Below, in pieces: positions 58,105 through 64,000 of a stretch of DNA of 64,000 nt. Positions within the stretch are counted from its first letter, which is position 1. The number at the start of each line of letters is the position of its first letter. The DNA lies in the NCBI GenBank assembly GCA_965224705.1, contig OZ245056.1, positions 576,001 to 640,000 of the forward strand, read 5' to 3'. The translations under genes and the position numbers were made by a program. This DNA is from Spirochaetaceae bacterium (lineage in GTDB: Bacteria; Spirochaetota; Spirochaetia; DSM-2461). The notes beneath the pieces were generated by a model. It saw nothing but the letters and a program-made list of their open reading frames with translations, made no database searches and had not been told where the DNA came from.

Positions 58105-58880
58105 ATCAGATATTGAGCCTCAGACGAATCGGCTTTCTTGCGAAAATTTCTATCTATACGAACTGGAGAATGGCACTGATCAGTGCCGGTGCTATCAATG
58201 GACTCATTCTGCTTCTCGCCATTGTCAAAGCTATATTTAAATCCTCGTTGAATTATATGTCATACCTGGAACTCCCTCTGTTTGCTGCAGCAATTATTAC
58301 AGCCAGTATGGCATTCCTCGATCTCCACAATAAAACCAAAAATGATGACTTCCTTCTTCTGCCGGCGTCTGCTCTTGAGAAGACCATTGTTCGGCTTGTA
58401 GGTGTTTCATTTGTTGTGCCTCTGTTTGCTGTCATTGTTGTGACTATAGCCGCACTGATATCTGAGACCGTTCGCACCCTTGTCTTTGGGTTATCATTTA
58501 ATATGTTCAATCCCTTCTCACTGGAAGTTTTGACGAATTGGAAATATCTCATTGCAGTTCAATCTGTTTTCTTCCTGGGAGCGGCCTGGTTCAAAAAAGC
58601 CCATGCCGTAAAAACCGCTTTTTCTGTTGTCGTTCTTACAATTATTCTTGGTCTTATTGCCGTCTTTATATTCAGAATTGTATTTCATCAGTCATTTCAT
58701 AACTTATTCACATTCTCAAATCTTTCGGTATTCAATGAGATGAGCGAGGTGGAAAGCTGGCATTATTTTTATTCTCTGACTCGAATTTTGAAAATTCTCT
58801 TTCTTGGAGTATTTCCCATCTTCTGCTGGGTGACGGCCTGGATTTGTGTCAAAGAAACACAGAGTAGTGATGGAATTTGA
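58101..58880 (+). CDS. ABC-2 type membrane protein
   Basis: About six transmembrane segments; LLLPASALEK motif. Confidence 0.8.
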   Translation: MNQILSLRRIGFLAKISIYTNWRMALISAGAINGLILLLAIVKAIFKSSLNYMSYLELPLFAAAIITASMAFLDLHNKTKNDDFLLLPASALEKTIVRLVGVSFVVPLFAVIVVTIAALISETVRTLVFGLSFNMFNPFSLEVLTNWKYLIAVQSVFFLGAAWFKKAHAVKTAFSVVVLTIILGLIAVFIFRIVFHQSFHNLFTFSNLSVFNEMSEVESWHYFYSLTRILKILFLGVFPIFCWVTAWICVKETQSSDGI

Positions 58881-59244
58881 CAGTGTAAAATGCATATATC
58901 TCCAGATAGCCGATCAGAGTCGGGAGCGCATTCTTACCGGCGAATGGCCAGTGGGAGGAAAAATCCCCTCAGTACGAGAAATGGCCGTGAATATGGGAGT
59001 GAATCCCAACACAGTACTCCGAAGTTATCAAACCCTTGTCAGTGATGGAATCATCGAGAACCATCGAGGCTTTGGTTACATTGTTACACCTGGTGCATTG
59101 CAGGTGATTGAGGAAATGATGAAAAAACAGTTCATTGAAAAAGAACTGCCCAGGATATTCTCCACCATGGAAAAGCTTGGTTTCGGAATCATGGACATTG
59201 TTTCCTACTATGAAAATAAGGAAAAGGAAAATGAAAACCAGTAG
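58870..59244 (+). CDS. GntR-family regulator (YtrA subfamily)
   Basis: IYLQI, IPSVREMA, VNPNTV and RGFG; ~124 aa. Confidence 0.92.
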   Translation: MEFDSVKCIYLQIADQSRERILTGEWPVGGKIPSVREMAVNMGVNPNTVLRSYQTLVSDGIIENHRGFGYIVTPGALQVIEEMMKKQFIEKELPRIFSTMEKLGFGIMDIVSYYENKEKENENQ

Positions 59245-59932
59245 AAAACTATTGTTAGTCGGATTGGCCGTATTAGTAGTAACAATCCTGATATTGATTC
59301 TTGTGGGTCGTTCCCTTCTGATTGAGCCTGAGTATGATATGGAAGAAATGGGCCATCAGGAAACAATGAATCTTGATTACGAAGGATTTACGGGAATATT
59401 TATTGATGGATGGGATGTGGATATTGAGAAGTCCGATGATTTCTCGATTAATATATCGTATCCAGCAGCAATGAAGAATTACATTGAAATAGAAAAGAAG
59501 GATGATGAACTCATTATGACGACTGTATCCAGAAGAGGAGTACATCTATTCAGGCAGGGTTTTGATGCCATCATTACCATGCCTTCACTGCAATCCCTGA
59601 TGGTTGAAGGTACGAGCAATGTCAGTATGGAAGATTTTGAAGAGGAATCCATTAAAATTGGGCTTGTTGGTATCGGCAAAATCAAAGCGGAGAATTCTTC
59701 AGTGCGTTTTCTTGAAGTGACCCTGGATGGAATCGGGGACATTGAGCTTAATGGAATGATAACTGATAATGCTAACGTGTATTTGAATGGTACGGGAGAG
59801 ATTGAACTCAACATGGATGGTGGAGTCCTTGAGGGAGTACTTGAGGGACTTGGTTCTATTCGATATACAGGCTATGTCAGCAATGAACAGATTGAAATTG
59901 ATGGACTTGGTCAGGTAGAATTTGAGCGGTGA
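59231..59932 (+). CDS. DUF2807 / GIN-head exported protein
   Basis: N-terminal transmembrane helix and LxGxG repeats; C-terminus (LNMDGGVLEGVLEGLG) resembles that of 8463-9272. Confidence 0.82.
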   Translation: MKTSRKLLLVGLAVLVVTILILILVGRSLLIEPEYDMEEMGHQETMNLDYEGFTGIFIDGWDVDIEKSDDFSINISYPAAMKNYIEIEKKDDELIMTTVSRRGVHLFRQGFDAIITMPSLQSLMVEGTSNVSMEDFEEESIKIGLVGIGKIKAENSSVRFLEVTLDGIGDIELNGMITDNANVYLNGTGEIELNMDGGVLEGVLEGLGSIRYTGYVSNEQIEIDGLGQVEFER

Positions 59933-60068
59933 GAGCCGGTATAAAACTCGCTGCTGACCGTGTTTGAAAGACTGAATACGGGCTGGGGAAACGGGTTTCA
60001 GTCAGCATGATTTCTAGTTCAGGTCTATTCAGTGTTGAAGAAAGCTACTATTATCTCTTATTTATAAT

Positions 60069-60458
60069 ATGAAAGAATCTATAACTTTTTTATTAGTCGC
60101 CTGCATCCTTTCAGCATGTGCTTCCAATGCCCAGAATTCAGCAACCCCTGTTGCTGTCGAAAACATGGAGAATACAGACTTTCTCACCAGACCTCAATTT
60201 GGTAAGCCCGTACTCCGACCACTCGGACATGTTCTCTTATCATGGAATAAAGCTGAAAATACGGATGGTTATGAACTGCAGGAGTCGGATACAGAAAGCT
60301 TCAACACCATTCTGCAGAACTGGACGATGAGTGGAAGCAGTATAGAGATTCCATTCAAGGAAGGTGTTCCCCGATGGTACAGGGTAAGAAGCTTCACTCT
60401 GGAGAATGTGAGCCGATGGAGTCCTGTCTTTAGACTGGATGGGAAGGTTCTGCAATGA
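60069..60458 (+). CDS. Small lipoprotein with fibronectin-III-like fold
   Basis: LSAC lipobox; LSW...YELQ...YRVRS...SRWS pattern. Confidence 0.7.
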   Translation: MKESITFLLVACILSACASNAQNSATPVAVENMENTDFLTRPQFGKPVLRPLGHVLLSWNKAENTDGYELQESDTESFNTILQNWTMSGSSIEIPFKEGVPRWYRVRSFTLENVSRWSPVFRLDGKVLQ

Positions 60459-61147
60459 GTAATGAGTGGTTATGGTTAATAATGCTTGGCTTGAATTTTG
60501 CCGGTATTCTCGCTGTATACCGTTTTTTCGGTCGTGTTGGACTTTATGCCTGGCTGCCCATTGCGGTGATTATCGCCAATTTACAGGTAATCAAGACAGT
60601 TGATCTTTTCGGATTAACAGCTTCACTGGGCAATATTGTCTATGCAACCAGTTTTCTTGCCACGGATATACTGTCTGAGAATCATGGAAAGCAAGATGCC
60701 GGTAAAGCTGTTTGCGTTGGTTTTTTTTCCCTGATTATTCTAACCGTAATGATGAATTTAGCCCTGCAGTTTAAGCCTTCACCAATTGATATCGCCCACA
60801 CAAGTATGCTGAACCTTTTTAAGTTTTTTCCCCGAATTACACTGGCCAGTTTCATCGCCTATGGGGTAAGTCAGAGCCATGATATCTGGATGTATTCGTT
60901 GTTGAAGAAACGACTGCCTGGATGGAAGTGGATATGGGTTCGCAATAACCTGTCTACCATACTGAGTCAATTCATTGATTCCGCAATTTTCAGTGTGATT
61001 GCATTTGCCGGGCTTGTTCCAGTGGAAGAGTTCTGGGAGATTGTTATCACAACCTGTGTTTTGAAATGGCTGGTCGCTGTTGCTGATACACCTATGGTTT
61101 ATCTGGCCAAATACTGGCAGGCCCATGGAAAATCAAGGGGGGTCTGA
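60455..61147 (+). CDS. Queuosine precursor transporter (YhhQ/Vut_1)
   Basis: TDILSE, PRITLAS, RNNLSTILSQFIDS and DTP. Confidence 0.9.
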   Translation: MSNEWLWLIMLGLNFAGILAVYRFFGRVGLYAWLPIAVIIANLQVIKTVDLFGLTASLGNIVYATSFLATDILSENHGKQDAGKAVCVGFFSLIILTVMMNLALQFKPSPIDIAHTSMLNLFKFFPRITLASFIAYGVSQSHDIWMYSLLKKRLPGWKWIWVRNNLSTILSQFIDSAIFSVIAFAGLVPVEEFWEIVITTCVLKWLVAVADTPMVYLAKYWQAHGKSRGV

Positions 61148-61150
61148 GGT

Positions 61151-61930
61151 ATGTTCTGGCTGACTGTTAAGAAGTCTTTTTTTGATGCATGGGACAATCT
61201 TTGGAAGATGGTTCTCTGCAACTTTGCCTTCCTTCTTCTAATGATTCTTGGTTTCTGGCCAATGTTCGAAATATCCCGGTTTCAAATGCTAACAGGCGGT
61301 CTATTTTTTATAGTTATTATTCCAATTCTTTTCATTGCGATGGGGGCGATTTCTTTCATCATGTTCAATGTGAGTGAATACAAAAACGTACTCTGGGTGG
61401 ATGTGGTAAAAGCTGTCAAGAAAAATGCAATGGTCAATTTTGGATATTCCCTGATAATGACAGGTTTCTTCATCCTCTCTTTTCTGGGAACGAATTATTA
61501 CATTTCCATCAAGAGTATTTTTGCTGTTGCTGCATGGTCATTGCTTCTCTGGGTGAACCTGGGTATCTACCTGGCCGCTATCTGGATCTTTGCTGTAAGA
61601 AATCGTTTAAGCGGAGGATTCTGGAAATCATTGAAGAAATGTGTTTTGATTATGATCGACAATATTGCACTAACCCTGTTTACCGGATTGATAATGATTC
61701 CACTGCAGGTCATCCTGTGGCCGTTAACATCTTTTGCGGCATTTGGTCCAGCCGGTATACAATTGTATCTCAATGTATCATTGCGGCTACTGATGCATAA
61801 ATACGATTGGTTGGAGGAGAATCCGGAAGCGGCCAGGCAGTCCATCCCCTGGTATGAATTGCTTGTGGAAGAGAGGGAAAAAATTGGCAGAAGAACTCTG
61901 AAAGGGATGATTTTTCCCTGGAAGGATTGA
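61151..61930 (+). CDS. Conserved membrane protein
   Basis: Multiple transmembrane segments; [10 protein letters not shown] start and IFPWKD end. Confidence 0.75.
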   Translation: MFWLTVKKSFFDAWDNLWKMVLCNFAFLLLMILGFWPMFEISRFQMLTGGLFFIVIIPILFIAMGAISFIMFNVSEYKNVLWVDVVKAVKKNAMVNFGYSLIMTGFFILSFLGTNYYISIKSIFAVAAWSLLLWVNLGIYLAAIWIFAVRNRLSGGFWKSLKKCVLIMIDNIALTLFTGLIMIPLQVILWPLTSFAAFGPAGIQLYLNVSLRLLMHKYDWLEENPEAARQSIPWYELLVEEREKIGRRTLKGMIFPWKD

Positions 61931-61943
61931 ACAGGAGGTAAAC

Positions 61944-63347
61944 ATGCCGGGTAGGAATCTATTAGAAAAAGTATGGGAGCGGCACAGGGTGAAAACCCTG
62001 TCCTCAGGACAGGATCAACTGTTTATCGGAATGCATCTCATCCATGAGGTAACGTCTCCCCAGGCATTTGGGATGTTGGAAGAGAGAGGATTGAAGGTTC
62101 AGTATCCTGAACGAACATTTGCAACGGTTGATCATATAATACCAACGGAGAGTATTCATCGGCCCTTCAGCGATCCCCTGGCTGAAGAATTGATACAGAC
62201 CCTGGAGAGTAATACCAGAAAACATGATATTACTTACTTTGGTCCTGATTCAGGTAAGCAGGGAGTTGTTCATGTGGTTGGGCCTGAACAGGGACTCACC
62301 CAGCCGGGTATGACCATAGCCTGCGGTGATTCCCACACAGCCACTCATGGGGCATTTGGAGCAATCGCCTTCGGTGTCGGCACAAGTCAGGTGCGGGATA
62401 TTCTTGCCACCCAGACCATGGCCCTTTCCCGTCTCAGGGTAAGGAAAATACAGGTAAACGGTCATCTTGAACCGGGAGTTGGTGCCAAGGATCTTATCCT
62501 GGCCATTATAGGCCGTCTGGGAGTGAATGGCGGACTCGGATATGCCTATGAATATACCGGAGAGGCTGTCAGGACCCTGAAAATGGAAGAAAGGATGACG
62601 CTTTGCAATATGAGCATTGAAGGCGGGGCCCGTGTTGGATATGTGAATCCTGATTCAGTCACCTATTCCTGGCTCAAAGAACGTCTGAGCAGCAGCGAAT
62701 TTGAGAAGATGAAGGCATTTGGTGAAGAAATGAAATCGGATGAGGATGCGTTCTACGATGATGAAGTCGTTTTTCAGGCCCGTGACATAAAACCCATGGT
62801 AACCTGGGGAATCAATCCCGGACAGGTTGTGTCAGTGGAGGATACTTTGCCGGAGGTTGAGGATCTGCCGGAAGATGAGAGGGAAACAGCGGCCAGGGCC
62901 TATGAACACATGGGATTCTCTCCGGGAGAATCCATGTTGGGAAAAAAGATAGATGTTGTTTTCATTGGTTCCTGCACGAACGGGCGTTTAACGGATCTCC
63001 GTGAGGCAGCAGAAGTGGTAAGGGGCCGAAAAGTTGTGAAAAATGTTAAGGCTCTTGTTGTTCCGGGAAGTCAGGCTGTCGCCAAAGCAGCAGAAGAAGA
63101 AGGGCTGAATACAGTTTTTACAGAAGCTGGTTTTCAGTGGCGTCTGGCAGGCTGCTCCATGTGCCTGGCCATGAATCCTGACAAACTCAGCGGTCGTCAG
63201 CTTTCAGCCAGCACATCAAACCGTAACTTCATAGGCCGCCAGGGTTCTCCAGTCGGACGAACTTTACTGGTCAGTCCCCGGATGGCAGCCGCCGCTGCAC
63301 TCAACGGCAAAATCGTTGATGTGAGGAAGGAAGGAACTTTGAAATGA
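61944..63347 (+). CDS. leuC: 3-isopropylmalate dehydratase large subunit
   Basis: [25 protein letters not shown] and STSNRNF. Confidence 0.97.
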   Translation: MPGRNLLEKVWERHRVKTLSSGQDQLFIGMHLIHEVTSPQAFGMLEERGLKVQYPERTFATVDHIIPTESIHRPFSDPLAEELIQTLESNTRKHDITYFGPDSGKQGVVHVVGPEQGLTQPGMTIACGDSHTATHGAFGAIAFGVGTSQVRDILATQTMALSRLRVRKIQVNGHLEPGVGAKDLILAIIGRLGVNGGLGYAYEYTGEAVRTLKMEERMTLCNMSIEGGARVGYVNPDSVTYSWLKERLSSSEFEKMKAFGEEMKSDEDAFYDDEVVFQARDIKPMVTWGINPGQVVSVEDTLPEVEDLPEDERETAARAYEHMGFSPGESMLGKKIDVVFIGSCTNGRLTDLREAAEVVRGRKVVKNVKALVVPGSQAVAKAAEEEGLNTVFTEAGFQWRLAGCSMCLAMNPDKLSGRQLSASTSNRNFIGRQGSPVGRTLLVSPRMAAAAALNGKIVDVRKEGTLK

Positions 63348-63946
63348 TTCAGACGATTAAGAAAATTGAAGGGAAGGGGATCGCCGTGAGGGGAAATGAT
63401 ATTGATACCGATAGAATTATCCCTGCACGGTTTATGAAATGTGTTACCTTCAGCGGCCTTGGAAAGTATGCATTTTACGATGAACGTGTGGACGGCCTGG
63501 GTCAACACAAAGGACATTCCTTTGATGATGCCCGATGGGCTGGAAATCCAATACTCCTGGTTAATGCTAATTTTGGATGTGGTTCATCACGGGAACATGC
63601 ACCTCAGGCTTTGAAAGACTATGGTATTTCTGGAATTATCGGGCAGTCGTTTGCAGAGATATTTGCCGGGAACTGTTCCTCTCTGGGGATTCCAGCCGTC
63701 ATGCTCCCGCTCCCGGATGTAGAGCAGCTTCAGAGGATTGTGGAAGAACGCCCGGAAACAGTGATTTCCATCGATCTTGAAGGCATGAGAATTGAAACAG
63801 CCGGACTCATTCTGGATGCAGCCATGCCCGAATTCTACAGGCAGGCACTTTTGGATGGGAGCTGGGATTCCACCGCAATTTTAACCGAATCCATGAGTGA
63901 CATCAAAAGAGTCGCCGGGAATTTACCCTATATGTCTGAATGTTGA
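63344..63946 (+). CDS. leuD: 3-isopropylmalate dehydratase small subunit
   Basis: [20 protein letters not shown] and SFAEIF. Confidence 0.97.
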   Translation: MIQTIKKIEGKGIAVRGNDIDTDRIIPARFMKCVTFSGLGKYAFYDERVDGLGQHKGHSFDDARWAGNPILLVNANFGCGSSREHAPQALKDYGISGIIGQSFAEIFAGNCSSLGIPAVMLPLPDVEQLQRIVEERPETVISIDLEGMRIETAGLILDAAMPEFYRQALLDGSWDSTAILTESMSDIKRVAGNLPYMSEC

Positions 63947-64000
63947 ATGAATCTATGAATATCGATGAAATCAAAGCAGCCGATCTTGTGCCAGGGGACA

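Noticed and set aside
63955..64000. ORF start MNIDEIKAADLVPGD after leuD
   Set aside because: Truncated by the window edge and too short to call.

Overview
Chromosomal window that looks like a Spirochaetaceae-type bacterium, inferred from protein style and gene content (eukaryote-type hexokinase, long RecJ, short ThrS, omptin). Most of it is housekeeping and catabolic: ald with an Lrp regulator and alanine symporter, rlmH, tRNA-Pro, rpsU, recJ, pdp, recO, a TRAP/DUF1537/PdxA2 four-carbon acid-sugar locus, a comM-like ATPase, thrS and leuCD. The most unusual region is a ~13 kb minus-strand lipid cluster (38939-52142). It holds a polyketide-type beta-branching cassette (HMG-synthase, ECH1, ECH2, GANS-type ACP, PksF-like KS that keeps its Cys) with no modular PKS in the window. 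The cassette sits among stand-alone FAS-II enzymes, a serine-palmitoyltransferase-like enzyme, a bacterial ceramide-synthase-like GNAT and an MMPL transporter, so it is a candidate pathway for methyl-branched sphingolipid-like lipids. Also present: a 61-aa bacterial histone, an orphan DNA methyltransferase between attC-like sites, an RpoS-like sigma factor behind a sigma54-type promoter, a probable ATC start for rpsU, and two families of miniature mobile elements that nest inside each other. All calls come from reading the sequence and from recalled family motifs. No database searches were run.
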